Below are positions 22,878 through 34,995 of a stretch of DNA of 64,000 nt, one piece after another (position 1 is the stretch's first letter; the number at the start of each line of letters is the position of its first letter). Source of the stretch: Emiliania huxleyi CCMP1516 (Eukaryota); assembly GCF_000372725.1 (NCBI RefSeq), contig NW_005202427.1:1214459-1278458 (forward strand), in the 5' to 3' direction. The position numbers and the translations under genes were made by a program. Below the pieces are notes generated by a model. It was not told where the DNA came from, did no database searches, and saw nothing but the letters and a program-made list of their open reading frames with translations.

Positions 22878-25800
22878 CTACTCCCGCTCCCACTCGTCCT
22901 TGTTCTCGGCCCCCCACGAGAAGCGCATCATCTTCATCTCCTCCTCGAGCTCGGTGGCCCAGTCGCCTTTGCCCGTCGCGCGCGCGTGGTTGAAGTTGCG
23001 GTGCATGTCGACGATCTTGCGCGCCTCCGGCGACAAGTCCATGTACCGCCCCTGGTACGGCTCGTCGTCGCAGACCTGCGGCGCAGCGCACGAGTGGCGG
23101 CGCAGCGCAGTAGTGGCCCCTGGCGCGAGCCTCGTCTGTGCATCTCGCGCGGGCGGGGAGGGCGGCGCGCGCCTGCTTGATGGCGAGGGCGGGCGAGAGC
23201 TTCTCCTCGGACGGGAAGAGCCGCGAGAAGACCGGGCCGCCTGAGGAAGGTTCCGAGAAGGTTCCGAGAGGGTTCCGAGCAGGTTCCCGAAGGTTCCGAG
23301 AAGAGCGGGCCGCCCGTCTCCTTGGGCAGCATCACGTGCACCTCGCCCGGCTCGTATGTCCACGTCGCCTGCCACACAAGCCGAGCCCCGGTGACGCTCT
23401 CCTGGCGCGGGCGGGCGAGGTGCGGGGCTGTGTCCACGCGCCTCGCCAGCCACCACAGGCTTGTCGAGCGAGCCTGAGAGGGGGGGGGAGGGAGGTCGAA
23501 GGCCTGCGCCGTGAGCCGACGCGAGGGAGGGCGGCGCGGCGAGGGAGGGCGGTGCGGTGGCGAGGCGAGCAAGCCTGCGAGGAGGACGTGTCCAATAGAC
23601 TACTCAATAGACTTCTCACTAGCAAGCCTGCGAGGAGGACGTGTCCGCGCGCCACCATCCGCAGCAGCAGCGGCTTGATCTCGACGCGGATGTCTCTCCG
23701 CGCCATGTCGGGCGGGATGCGCACGAGCAAGTTGATCTCCTGCGGGGCAAGGTCGGAGGGGTGAGGGGTGGCGGCGCGGGGTCGGCGAGCGGCTGCGGCG
23801 GCTTCCTCGTCCGTCTGCGACCACGAGTAGGTCGTGTTTGCCTCGAGCGGAACCTCCGCCTTGCGCAGAGGGAGCAGAGGGAGCAGGGGGAAGGGGGGGG
23901 GGGGGGGGGGAGCAAGTCGGCTGTGGGGCGGGGTGGCCTTGCGCCCGTGCCCCGACCCTCTCGGGCCCGCTAGTCCCACGGCTCGCGCTTCTCTGCTGCT
24001 CGAGCGCAACCTTGATCAGCGCTCCGCCGCCGCCGCCGCGAGAGGGAGGCTTTGCGGCCGGCTCCGCCCGCCGCTGCAGCATGTCTCTCCGCTGCAGCAT
24101 GCCGTTGCCAGGCGCTCCGCCCGGCGAGGGCTGCGGAGGCGGCTTGCGCGTGATCGGCGCCGCCTGGGTCGCACCCGCGGCGGGAGTGGCGCGGGGGTCG
24201 GGGCGAGGCGCGTGCGGAGGCGGGGCGGCAGGACGACGGCTCGCTGCCTCTGGGCTTTGGGGGGGCGAGAGAGGGGGGAGGGGAGAGGTGTGTGAGGGGG
24301 GAGAGCGTGCGATGCCTTTGGGCTGACGAGGGCCAGCTCGTGGTGCGGGAAGGGTTAGGGTTAGGGTTAGGGTCAGGGTTAGTGCCTTTGGGCTGACGAG
24401 GACCAGCTCGTGGTGCGGGAAGGGTTAGGGTTAGGGTTAGGGTCAGGGTCAGGGTTAGTGCCTTTGGGCTGACGAGGACCAACTCGTGGTGCGGGAAGGG
24501 TGAGGGTTAGGGTTAGGGTTAGGGTCAGGGTTAGTGCCTTTGGGCTGACGAGGACCAGCTCGTGGTGCGGGAAGGGTTAGGGTTAGGGTTAGGGTCAGGG
24601 TCAGGGTTAGTGCCTTTGGGCTGACGAGGACCAGCTCGTGGTGCGGGAAGGGTTAGGGTTAGGGTTAGGGTCAGGGTCAGGGTTAGTGCCTTTGGGCTGA
24701 CGAGGACCAGCTCGTGGTGCGGGAAGGGTTAGGGTTAGGGTCAGGGTTAGGGTCAGGGTCAGGGTTAGTGCCTTTGGGCTGACGAGGACCAGCTCGTGGT
24801 GCGGGAAGGGTTAGGGTTAGGGTTAGGGTCAGGGTCAGGGTTAGTGCCTTTGGGCTGACGAGGACCAGCTCGTGGTGCGGGAAGGGTTAGGGTTAGGGTT
24901 AGGGTCAGGGTCAGGGTTAGTGCCTTTGGGCTGACGAGGACCAGCTCGTGGTGCGGGAAGGGTTAGGGTTAGGGTCAGGGTCAGGGTCAGGGTTAGTGCC
25001 TTTGGGCTGACGAGGACCAGCTCGTGGTGCGGGAAGGGTTAGGGATAGGGTTAGGGTCAGGGTCAGGGTTAGTGCCTTTGGGCTGACGAGGACCAGCTCG
25101 TGGTGCGGGAAGGGTTAGGGATAGGGTTAGGGTTAGGGTCAGGGTTAGTGCCTTTGGGCTGACGAGGACCAGCTCGTGGTGCGGGAAGGGTTAGGGTTAG
25201 GGTTAGGGTCAGGGTCAGGGTTAGTGCCTTTGGGCTGACGAGGACCAGCTCGTGGTGCGGGAAGGGTTAGGGTTAGGGTTAGGGTCAGGGTCAGGGTTAG
25301 TGCCTTTGGGCTGACGAGGACCAGCTCGTGGTGCGGGAAAGTGCGCCGGTGCTCCGGGCCGTAGTAGCCTACGAGAGACAGCCGCAAGCTCACACGGCGC
25401 CCCTCCCTCGCAAGCGGCGAGCCCCGTGGCGGTATGCGGCGCCGCCGCGGTGGCAACGCACGCACAAGTCGAAGGCGCTGTCGCCGACGCCGCAGTCGAC
25501 GCAGTGGTAGAAGCGGCGGACCTGTTAATATTAATATTAATGTTAATATTAATATTAATCGACGCAGTGGTAGAAGCGGCGGACCTGTTAATATTAATAT
25601 TAATATTAATGTTAATATTAATATTAGTCGACGCAGTGGTAGAAGCGGCGGACCTGTTAATATTAATATTAATATTAATGTTAATATTAATATTAATCGA
25701 CGCAGTGGTAGAAGCGGCGGACCTGTTAATATTAATATTAATATTAATGTTAATATTAATATTAATCGACGCAGTGGTAGAAGCGGCGGACCTGTTCGCG

Positions 25801-27167
25801 GCACGGCGCGTGAAGAGGCGCTGCTCACGGCCGTGGGAGGGGCCGCAGCCGAGGAGGCACAGTGGAGGCGCAGCCGTCGCAGCTGGCTTGGGAGCCCGGC
25901 AGAGGGTACTCTCGCTCCTCGCCTGATCAGGTCAAGAGTGGAGTGCTGATGAAGCAGGCACGGCACTCGGTCTCCTCTCGCCAGCGGCTCGGTGAGGCCG
26001 AGGAGACGGGCTTGGCGGTGGGGCGGTGGTGGGGTGGAGCAGCGGTCGGGAGTGGAGTGGCGGTCGGGAGTGGAGTGGCGAGCGGGTTGGGTTAGGGATA
26101 GGGTTCGGGTTAGTGGAGTGGCGAGCGGGTTGGGTTAGGGATAGGGTTAGGGTGAGTGGAGTGGCGAGCGGGTTGGGTGGCGGGGCGAGGCTGCGCCTGG
26201 GTCAGAGCCCTACTAACCCCTCCTAACCCTAACCCTAACCCTAGAGGCTGGCCTGGGTCAGAGCCTCCGTCGCTGGAGGAGCTCGACGATGCGTCCGAGG
26301 CAACGCGCCTACAGGGCGGTTCCAACAAGGTTCCAAGAAGGTTCCAAGAAGGTTCCAGGAAGATGCGTCCGAGGCAACGCGCCCCTTGTACGCGGGCACG
26401 GGCTTCCGCCTCCGCCTCCGAGGCCCCTCCGAGCCCTCCGCCCGGGCGCCGTCCACACGCGGCCCCGCCGCTGCTGCCGCTGCTGCTGTTGCTGTTGCTG
26501 CTGCTGCCGGCGGTTGCTCCTCCTTCGTGGGTCGCGGGGTGAGCCGCACGGCTGGTCGCCAGGAGCTGCGTGCCGGCACGGCCACGCCGTTCGAGAAGCC
26601 GTCGCCATTCTCCCCTCCCACCGCCGCTCGCCCCGATAGGCGGCTCTCTGCGAGGCGGCTCTCTGCGAGGCGGCTCTCTGCAGGTGCGACTCGAGCGACT
26701 CGCGTGCCGCCGTCCACCGCCTGCCGTCGCCAAGCCTGCCGTGCGCGCGCCGCCGAAAAGGCACCGCGCCCAGCCGAGGAGTCCGGCACCGCATCAGCCT
26801 GCGCACCATCGTGCTCGGGCAGTGCACAGACAGGAGCATTCTCGCCCGCGAGAGACTCCTGCAGGTGCTGCCTACGGCCGTCGCCGCAAAAGAGAGAGCT
26901 CCAGCCAGCGACCTTCTCCTTGAAGAGGACGAGTCGCAGCTCCGTGGATTCCGCGCCGCTCTCCGGTACGTACAGCGTGTAGGCGCGTGTGCGGCGCGGC
27001 ACGACGGGCGCAAACAGCCGGCGGCGAAGCAGGACGCCCGAGCCTGCGAGCTCGAGTGTCAGGCGGCGGCGGGAGAGGACGACCTTGAGCTGGCTGTGGG
27101 CGGTGCCGGTTGGCACGACGATGCCGCACGTTGCAGTCGCGTTGTCCTGCCTCCACGTGTACGCCAT
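22878..27167 (-). CDS. CS-domain / ZZ zinc finger / CS-domain (NudC-like co-chaperone) protein, many exons
   Basis: MAYTWRQD...LRLVLFKEKVAGWSSLF (CS); SCDGCAST|VRRFYHCVDCG...FDLCVRCH (ZZ); YSWSQTDE|EINLLVRIPPDMARRDIRVEIK...TWTYEPGEVHVMLPKE (CS). Joining these into one gene is inferred from the splice pattern. Confidence 0.7.
24312..25340. repeat. 14-copy array of a ~40-bp exon end separated by TTAGGG/TCAGGG hexamers (period 70-82, mostly 76 bp)
   Basis: tgcctttgggctgacgaggaccagctcgtggtgcgggaa counted 14 times. Linkers are 5-7 telomere-type hexamers. Confidence 0.97.
25496..25796. repeat. 5-copy array of a ~30-bp acceptor/exon start separated by (ATTAAT)n
   Basis: cgacgcagtggtagaagcggcggacctgtt at ~25498, 25561, 25630, 25699 and 25768; period 63-69 bp. 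Confidence 0.97.
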
Positions 27168-27252
27168 GGATGGCCCGAGCGAGGAGGCTGGACCACACCA
27201 ACAGCTCGCCGGCCTCAAAAGAATTTTACGATAAGACACCCTGCACAACACT

Positions 27253-28036
27253 GGAGAGAGATAGGAAGAGGCAGACTACCTAGGGTGGGCGACGGATAGC
27301 GCACCACACACCTCTCCTTAAAATCCCTGTGTGGTGGCGGCGTGCCGTCCTCCCATCCCTCCCTTGGGTTGTCTGTTTTCTTTCTTTCTTTTTGGGCATC
27401 ATCCGTAGAGGCACGAGTGTTCGAAGAGAGAGTGGACCTGAGCAACAACATGACCTGTAGGCAAATGATCGGAGTGGGAGTCAGAAATGTGGTCCTTGCG
27501 CGAGGGGAGCTCGATAGACTCGAGGGGCCAGGATACGCCGCGAGGAGGACGGAGTTGCGCCGAAAGGCGAAAGAAGCCGCGAGAACAAGGGACCGGCAGG
27601 CGGCGGCGTCGCAGGACGAGGCAGAAGAGAACAACGCGACAGAGGAGGAAGTGACATCAAGGGAGAGAACGACGAGGGTGGGACGACCGCGAGGTGGCAT
27701 GAAGGTTGCAGCGAGAATCGGCGAGAGACTGCGAAGAGAGATAGGAAGAGGCAGGACTCCCTAGGGTGGGCGACGGATAGCGCACCACACACCTCTCCTT
27801 AAAATCCCTGTGTGGTGGCGGCGTGCCGTCCTCCCATCCCTCCCTTGGGTTGTCTGTTTTCTTTCTTTCTTTTTTGGAATATCATTTCGTGTGCGTCGCC
27901 CATCTCTCCCTGGAGATGACTGCTCTATTTATTTATTTATGGAATATCATCGCACAAAATGGTGGCGGCGTGCCGTCCTCCCCCATCCCTTACTTGGGTT
28001 GTGCGTGTCCCTTTCTTTCTTTTTCCCTCCTTTGGT
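27253..28036 (+). mobile_element. tandem 'family B' retroposon copies; the second retains the ORF C-terminus
   Basis: 27253-27392 and ~27733-27875 are near-identical and end in (tttc)n. The second is preceded by an open frame ending ...ERLRREIGRGRTP* (27764). A degenerate third copy lies at 27960-28036. Confidence 0.75.
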
Positions 28037-28257
28037 GTGTCTGTTTTCTTTCTTTTAGAAATTCCCTCCCTCGCACATCACTGGAAACGTGAATAGAGAT
28101 CCGCGAAACCGCCGCACCCCCCAGCGGAGGGGGCTCGAGGTGTCGAGGCCAGGGCTCAGGCACAAGAACGAAAAAAATCGAAATCGGCAACGCTTCAAAT
28201 CGGCAACGCTTCAAATCGGCAACGCCAATCGATCTGTCAGGTCCGCCGGTCGTCCAC

Positions 28258-28425
28258 ACGTGACCTCGTCCAGGTGCTGAGCGTGCGAAAGTTTGTTGCT
28301 CAGCTGGTTCGCCGCCCCTCCCTCAGGGTGCTGCGGACCTCCCTTCCAAAGCCTCCCAAAGTCTCGAAATCGAACAGACGCAGGTCGCAATCCCGTTCCC
28401 GCGCGAAGCGGTAATCGCCATGCAG
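28258..28425 (-). mobile_element. degenerate internal fragment of family A retrotransposon
   Basis: Reverse complement matches ~19440-19600 (DY.FAR...DLRLFDFE.., AANQLSNKLSHAQHLDEVT) with indels. Confidence 0.75.
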
Positions 28426-29002
28426 CCGCGTATTGAGCGACCTCGTGCACCTAGCGCGGGTGGGTTGGAGGGGGCTCGCTGCGAGCGGAGGAAGGGCGGT
28501 GTAAGACTGGTGTAAGAAGCCGATCCCCCCGTAATCCGCCTCGTTCCCCCCCTTCGGGCCGCATAAAGCGGCCTCGCCTCGCAGATTCGTTTCTCGCGCC
28601 TGGGTCAGGCGCGCGGGGCATCCCCCGGGTCGCTCGGCCAGCGATCCGAAGAGTGGCCGCTATGCGAGGGGAAGAGCGGGGCCCCTCTCTCGACGCCTCT
28701 GAGCTCTGTCCGGCCCTCCGAGGGGGGAAGGAGAAGGGGATTGCGGGGTCGGCCACGGGCGCCTCAGTTCGGCCCTCCCGAAGGGGGGAGGGGAGCAAGG
28801 GGGTGGGGGGATCGGAGCTCTAAGGGTGGAAGAGAGAAGCACGCCATGAAGCCACGTCCAGAGTCAGCTCGAGCCCCAGTCAGTCTACGAAGTCTGCTTT
28901 GTGAAGCCACCGGGCATGTCGTCTGATTTTGATGTGCTGATGTATGACTTTAACGAGAATTACCGCTCATTTTCAGTGCATCCGGAGCTCTTGCGAACAT
29001 GC

Positions 29003-29755
29003 TCAAAGCCCCCCCCGCTTCATCTTACTGATGAAGCCCCTGACGTCGTCGGCCGTCTTGAGCACGACGAGGCCCTTCTCCCGGCTCGCGAGCCGCTCCT
29101 CGTACGTGTAATTATGGACTCTGCTGCGCGACCCCTCGTCCTCGTGGAAAGTGAAGCCGGCGCAGACGATGGTTGAGCTCGGGAAGATGCGCCGCAAGTG
29201 CCGGATCATCGTCATCCCCGACGAGAGGGTGTGGTTGCGTCTCTGGTGCGAGTACCGAACGATGCGCAGGTCCTCGTGCGGGCCGCCGATGTGAAGCACA
29301 TGCGACGGGTGCGAGGCGAAATGAGACGTCCGAAGCCGCGCGTCGCACGCAAACGACCGCTGGCCCAGCGGGGAGCGGCCATGGCCCTGCGGCTCTGCAC
29401 GCGCGGGCCGTGTGGGCGAGGCAGAGCCGGGCAGGGGGCGGCCTGGCGTGCCCGTGGCCGCATCGTGCGCAGCAGCTGGCGCCATCTCTCTGGCCTCGCG
29501 ATCTCGCGGCGGTGCACGGCGCAGCAGCGGCGACGGCCTTCTGACTGCCGCGCCACAATCCTCGGCGCCCCAGTAGCAATGACTGTTCCATCGCACGGCG
29601 AGCACATCAAGCTGCGCGGAGTGCGCAGGCCAGGTTGCCTTGCAGTCGTTGAATCGGATGCGGGTCCAGTTGGCTAAGGGCCAGTCTGGTGCCGAGTTGA
29701 GGGCCGGGTTGTTTGCGACGAGCAAGAAGCGGGGCGGAAGCTGCTTCACCATCAT
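29003..29755 (-). CDS. divergent GT29 sialyltransferase-like protein
   Basis: LLVANNP...IRFN (reduced L motif), LSSGMTMIRHL...VCAGFTF (S motif), HNYTYE (VS motif HxxxxE). Probably contains an intron; start uncertain. Confidence 0.5.
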   Translation of the reverse strand: MMVKQLPPRFLLVANNPALNSAPDWPLANWTRIRFNDCKATWPAHSAQLDVLAVRWNSHCYWGAEDCGAAVRRPSPLLRRAPPRDREAREMAPAAAHDAATGTPGRPLPGSASPTRPARAEPQGHGRSPLGQRSFACDARLRTSHFASHPSHVLHIGGPHEDLRIVRYSHQRRNHTLSSGMTMIRHLRRIFPSSTIVCAGFTFHEDEGSRSRVHNYTYEERLASREKGLVVLKTADDVRGFISKMKRGGL

Positions 29756-30810
29756 CGTTGCTGCCCACGCTCAACCCAGAGCGTGTTGTCCTGCAGTAGT
29801 GCGCAGCGTTCTGCCGCCGCCGCTGTCGGTGATCGTAGAACGACAGAGAGCCTCTCTCTCTCTCTGTCGCTGCGGGTGGACGTGCCGACGTGGTTCGTGT
29901 CTCGCGTCCAGGCGGGTAGGAGCCACGCAAGTTTGATCGTTACAAGTCCCCCCCCCCCCCCCCCTCCCCCCCGCTCCCCGAGCAGATTTTCAGTGTATGT
30001 AGCTCTTACGAACATACCCGAGGGTGAACTGCTGACAGGGTTTGCGATGAGAAGCGATCCGAACGTGGCATTCGGGTGATTAGATCACTCCCGCCAGCCG
30101 TATAACGCAAGAGCACTGCGACGGATCGGGCTCATGCTAGCATCCACCTCGCGAGCCGACGTTCTGGCTCAGCGAGGTTGCTGCGGAGCACTCGCGGACC
30201 GGTTCTTCTGGCCCAGCGCGAGGCCGCTGCGGGACACACCGGCGGCTCGGTTCGCTCTTCAACGCAAACTCGCGGTCGAGCAAGAAGTCAGATGTGTGTG
30301 TCAAAAGGCGGCGCGGCACGGTAAGGGTCGGCGGTAAGGCGGCGCGGCGGCAACAGACGGCAGGCAGGGCATCGGACGGCGGGACAAACGGCACTGTAGG
30401 AGCGGCGACACGGCGGCACTGTATAGGTAGGAGCGGCGGCACGGCGGCACGGCGGTAACGGACGGCAGGGGGGCGGCGGGCTAAACGGTTTTAGCGCTGA
30501 GGTTGTGACCTCGTGGCCCGTCCACGTGGCCCCGACACTGGTCCACGTGGACATTGAAATTCGTTTCAGCTATTCACGGAGCTTAGTTCCAGTGTTGTGC
30601 GAATCCTCGAGCACTTGGAGCACTTGGAGTGCAGTCATCAACCTCACATCCAGGGCCGGGGAGCTGAGAAGCGCACCCAGCGGGCCGGATGATCGGGATC
30701 GGGTTGCGGGCAAGATAGCCCTAGCCCTGGGGGGTGCGCGTTCGCAGGGAAAGAAAGGGCCGTAAAGTAAACACGGGTCTCCGAGAGGGCTCCGCGTACC
30801 GGGTTCCCCT

Positions 30811-30877
30811 TAAAAGAAAGAAAGAACGACGCCCCAAGGGAGGGATGGGAGGACGGCACGCCGCCACCACACAGGGT
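30811..30877 (-). mobile_element. short 'family B' 3' end
   Basis: aaaagaaagaaagaac...ccaagggagggatgggaggacggcacgccgccaccacacaggg. Confidence 0.75.
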
Positions 30878-30964
30878 TCCCCTTAACTACTTCCTGCTGC
30901 GAGCTCCACAGCCCTTCCAGCGTCGTCGCGGACGTTGAACCGGGACACAGCCTCGCCGCTCGCG

Positions 30965-31750
30965 ATGTTACCGTCACCGTCCTTCATCCTCGCGGCCGCC
31001 GCCGGCTTCGCGACGCCAACTCTCGTCGGGCGCGCGTGGTGCCCGCCTGCGGCGCCTGCCACTCGACTCGTCGAAGCCAGGATGGCGGACGATTTTGGTG
31101 GCTTTGAGGTGGCTGTTCGCGAGTACGTTGCCACGCTCAGCGCCTCCGAGCTGAGCGACGCTGACGCGCCATCGCCGCTCGCGTACGACGAGCTGCGGCG
31201 CAAGGGTCGTGTCGACCTGGTCGAGGGGTGCATGCGCCACGGCGGGTACATAAAAGTGAGCAAGCAGCTGGGACTGCCCCTGCGCCTCGCAGCGCCACCG
31301 CCTGCACCGCCGCCGTCATCCTTTAGCGAGCCGGAGGCGCCCGCCGTTGGCCTCAAGCTCTCTGGTGCGGCGCGCGAGTCGCGGCTCCAGGAGGACATCG
31401 CCGCGGGCGTGGCGGCTCCGTCGCCGCAGGCGCGGCCGCGGCGGCAGCCGCAGCCTGCTCTTGAGCTGGAGAAGCTGCGCCCGGGCCTCGTGAACGAGGC
31501 TGTCGCGGCAGCAGCCCCTCCGACCGCGCAGGCCCGCGAGCCACAGCGAGAGGGCGCGCGGCTGCGGCTCGAAGGCCCGCAGCGCGCAGCGCTCGTAGCG
31601 CTGGCGTGGATCACCGCGCTCGGATACGGCCATGCGTCATCGGGCCTGCTCGACCCGTCGCTGCTGGAGCCGTTGCGGGCAGCGGCTCCCGCGGCGCTGT
31701 GCGCTTGCGTGCTCACCGCAGTGCTCGGTGCCGTCAAAGGCGAGGAATGA
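30965..31750 (+). CDS. hypothetical, probably plastid-targeted membrane protein
   Basis: Signal peptide plus AGF motif (MLPSPSFILAAAAGFATP), globular YDELRRKGRVDLVEGCMRHGGYIKVSKQLGL segment and two C-terminal hydrophobic helices. Confidence 0.65.
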   Translation: MLPSPSFILAAAAGFATPTLVGRAWCPPAAPATRLVEARMADDFGGFEVAVREYVATLSASELSDADAPSPLAYDELRRKGRVDLVEGCMRHGGYIKVSKQLGLPLRLAAPPPAPPPSSFSEPEAPAVGLKLSGAARESRLQEDIAAGVAAPSPQARPRRQPQPALELEKLRPGLVNEAVAAAAPPTAQAREPQREGARLRLEGPQRAALVALAWITALGYGHASSGLLDPSLLEPLRAAAPAALCACVLTAVLGAVKGEE

Positions 31751-32097
31751 TCGGAGTGTTGGAAGGGGCGTGGGCCCGCCGACGAGTGTGGGGCGCCGTG
31801 ACGGTTGAGAGCCTCCTGGTCCCGCGGAGGGCGCAGGCGGAAAACGAAAAGGAAGGGCGAGAGCTCGGATCCTAAACACGTATGTTGAAGAAAATATAGG
31901 GAGAGACAGAGAGCCGACGCGAGGCGGGTGGGACGCCGGGGGGCCTGGCCCCCGCCTGGCCCTGCCCCACGGCCCGTTCGGCCACACCCGACCCACTCGC
32001 CGCCCTCGCACCTCGCTCCGCGCTCCTGGTCCACAGCGCTGTGGAGACCGTGGGGAGATACTATAGACTGTGAGAGTCGACACTCCCCAGTCTGAAC

Positions 32098-34025
32098 TCA
32101 GCGCAGGCTGAGGGCCTCCTCCGAAAACGGCGACGGATGGCAGCGCAGCCAACGCTTGAGCTCCGCCCTGCCCTCCCGCTCGGTGAATCGCTCGTCGGTC
32201 GACCACTTCAGGCTGGTCGACATGTCGATGGACCGCTGGTGCTTGAGCACCATGTAAGCTGGGACAACGTTCTTGGACGAGATCTGCTCGTGCGCCCGCG
32301 CAACGAAGCGATCGATAATGACCTTGCCCGAGGCCGACTTGTCCGCATCACGGAATAGCGACTCGATCTCCGACGACGAGAGGAGAAAGTTCATCGAGGA
32401 GATGCCTTCGATAAAGTCGCTTTCCGAGAGCTCGCCCGTCTGATCGGGGTCACGCACTCGCAGCTGCTCCCCAAGCCGAGCCAGCTGCGCCCGCAAGGCG
32501 CTATTAACTTCGTCGGACGTTGTCACCGCGATCTCCCGATGGTTAGAGCCGTCCCCGTAAGGCTCAGCCCACGGCGCCGGCTGCGCTGGCTGCCCCAGCA
32601 CGTTTGATCCGATCGGGAGCTCCTGAAGAAGGGGTCGGGGGTGGGGTGAGCGCGCGTGCACATGGCGGCATGAGAAGCGAGTGACACCTTGGCCGAACGG
32701 AGGCTGCGGCGGGTGTTGGGCTGAAGCTCCGCGCTGAAGGTCACGCGACCGACGTTGGATTCGTCCGCGAGCATCTCGCAGAACAAGCGGAGATCGGCGA
32801 CGCCGGGCTCTCGCGTGTCGCACTCGTCGAGGAGGGTGCGCTGCAGCTCGGGGTCCACAATCACGTCGGGGGCGAGAGTAGAGAGCATGAACTCAAAATG
32901 AGCGCGGGAGAGCTTGCACTTGCCCGAGGTGTCCCAGCCCCGAATGACGTCGAGCAAGACGCGGCAGCCCGCGCGGTGGGACTCTTGCGCCGAGGTGCTG
33001 CTCCTCGCCTCCTCCTCTGTCGCCGGGGCGGCAGCTTCTCTCTCAGAGTCGCCATCGTCCAGTACAAGCAGCTCGCCGCTCGATCCGGCTGCAGCCGCCT
33101 CCCGAGCCGCCGCCCGCGCCGCCAGGGACGCGGCATGCGCGGCATGCACCTCGGCCGCAACGCGTGCGGCCGTGTCTGGGCGGGTGCCGCCGGCCGCTGC
33201 CATCAGCGCTGCCACCTGTTGTTCGAGCCCCGTGCTCACGGTTGTGCTCCACAGACGGCGCTCGGTGGCGTCGAAGCTTGCGACGGAACGAGTCAGTGGC
33301 GGTCGCTTTCGCAGCAGAGGAGCTCGCCGTCGGTCAATCTGCGCGGTTGCAGGTCGGGATTGACCCGCAATGGTGACGGTCTGCTCGGGCAAGCCTGCCC
33401 TGCGCGACCGCTCCTTGAGCTCCTTGGCGAGGGAAGCGCCGGAAGCGCCCTCGCAAGCGTGGCGTCTCCACCGCAGCTCATCCGCCTCCCGCCTCGCGTC
33501 CTGCTCCTTCCGCCAGACGTCGAGCGTCTGCGCACGCGACGTGGGCGGGCACCGCGGCGGCGGATGGTTGGTGCCGAGCTTGGGAGGGCATCGGTGCATC
33601 ATCGACGGCGTCCGTGGCCGTTGCGGCGAGTAGACGGATGCGGGACCCTTGGGCACATGCACCGTTCGACTGCTGCTCGATAGGCCGACGCTGTCCAAGA
33701 AGTCCACCAGCGACGGCGCGAGCGGTGTGGTACGAGCCGCACCTGCTGTGGCAGCCCTCCGCCTGCTGCCGCCGGCGAGGCGGCGAGCCGCCTCGGGAGT
33801 CCTCGACGGCCGGTGCGAGCCGCCTCGCCGAAGCATGGGCGACGAGGCTGGGCGTCCGAGGTGGCGATATGCGGGGACCGCCGATGCGGATGGGATGGTG
33901 GTGTCGATGCTCGAGAGCGATGCGGCTGAGAGCTGCCGCTTGAGCGACTCGAGCTCCCCGATGAGGGACGCATTTTGACTGCGCACGGCCGTGAGATGCT
34001 CCTCCAAGTCTTCGAGCTCTGCCAT
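32098..34025 (-). CDS. EF-hand calcium-binding protein with N-terminal coiled coil, multi-exon
   Basis: EF-hand loops WDTSGKCKLSRAHF, CDTREPGVADL, RDPDQTGELSESDF and ADKSASGKVIIDRF. Confidence 0.75.
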
Positions 34026-34963
34026 GTCGCGCGCGGGGGAGCGGGAAGGGGAGCGGGCTGACGGGCGGAGACAGCGGCACTGGGCAATCGTGGGCCGTAA
34101 CGTGCGGGGACGGACGCTAGTTGGGAGTGCGATTGCACTTTCGGCATGCCAAGCCGAACCAGAAACCGCTTCACCGACCGCAACTCAAATTGGGCTTCTT
34201 GCTTGGGTACTACGAGTAAATGTATCTTGCTTTGCCAACAACAGCACGTCGAGAGCTCGAGACGTCGTCTGGAAGAACGGTGGTGAAGCTGGACGTGCCC
34301 CGTGCCCTGCTGCTGTTCCTTCGATAGATCAACGTGTGAGTGTTAGAGTTGTTTGGTATTGCTAAAAATCTCTCTCTCTAGATCTAGGTGCCGACGGTCG
34401 ATTTTTGCTCTTGCTCAAGAAATCGAAAAGCTCGGGGGTCGAAAGTAGCAGCTGCGACGAGGAGAGCCCACCTGTCCCCCTGATCGTCCTTCCCAAATCC
34501 TTGCAGGTGGGGACCCTGTCCTCCCCCGGTATCAGTCTGCGAGCGCTGTTTCTTTCTTTTTTTTTGAGCTAGACTTCGTTGTTAATAGGAACAAGCGAAG
34601 GCACACACGACACGACGCCAAACACAGGATTGCACGCACCGCACCGCACCTCGCACCCGCGCCCGCCGCCCCCCCGACCCCCGCCCCGCCCAGGCGGGAA
34701 AGAGATGAGGAGATGGGACAGCAAAGGAGGAGCACAAGCACGTATGGGAGGGTTCAGTAATGCGCCACGCTGCCCGGCGTTTCTCACTTTCCGGGACAGC
34801 CCCGCCCTTGTGAGGCAGGAAAGTGACGGCTACCCCGTACGCCCTGTTGCTTCTACCCCGACGCCGACCGCCCATCCCCCCTCCTCGTTCCCCCCTCGGC
34901 GAGCCGATGATCGCCGAGCCTCTGTCCTGCGCGCCCCCGAGCCCCCCCCCCCCCCACCACCAC

Positions 34964-34995
<32 letters not shown>

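Noticed and set aside
24312..25796. CRISPR array interpretation of the 14-copy and 5-copy arrays
   Set aside because: The 'spacers' are simple repeats rather than unique sequence, the 'repeats' are copies of adjacent exon sequence, the context is eukaryotic, and there are no cas genes.
24350..26245. Chromosome end / true telomere
   Set aside because: The hexamer tracts are short, interrupted, in both orientations and lie inside a gene with coding exons on both sides.
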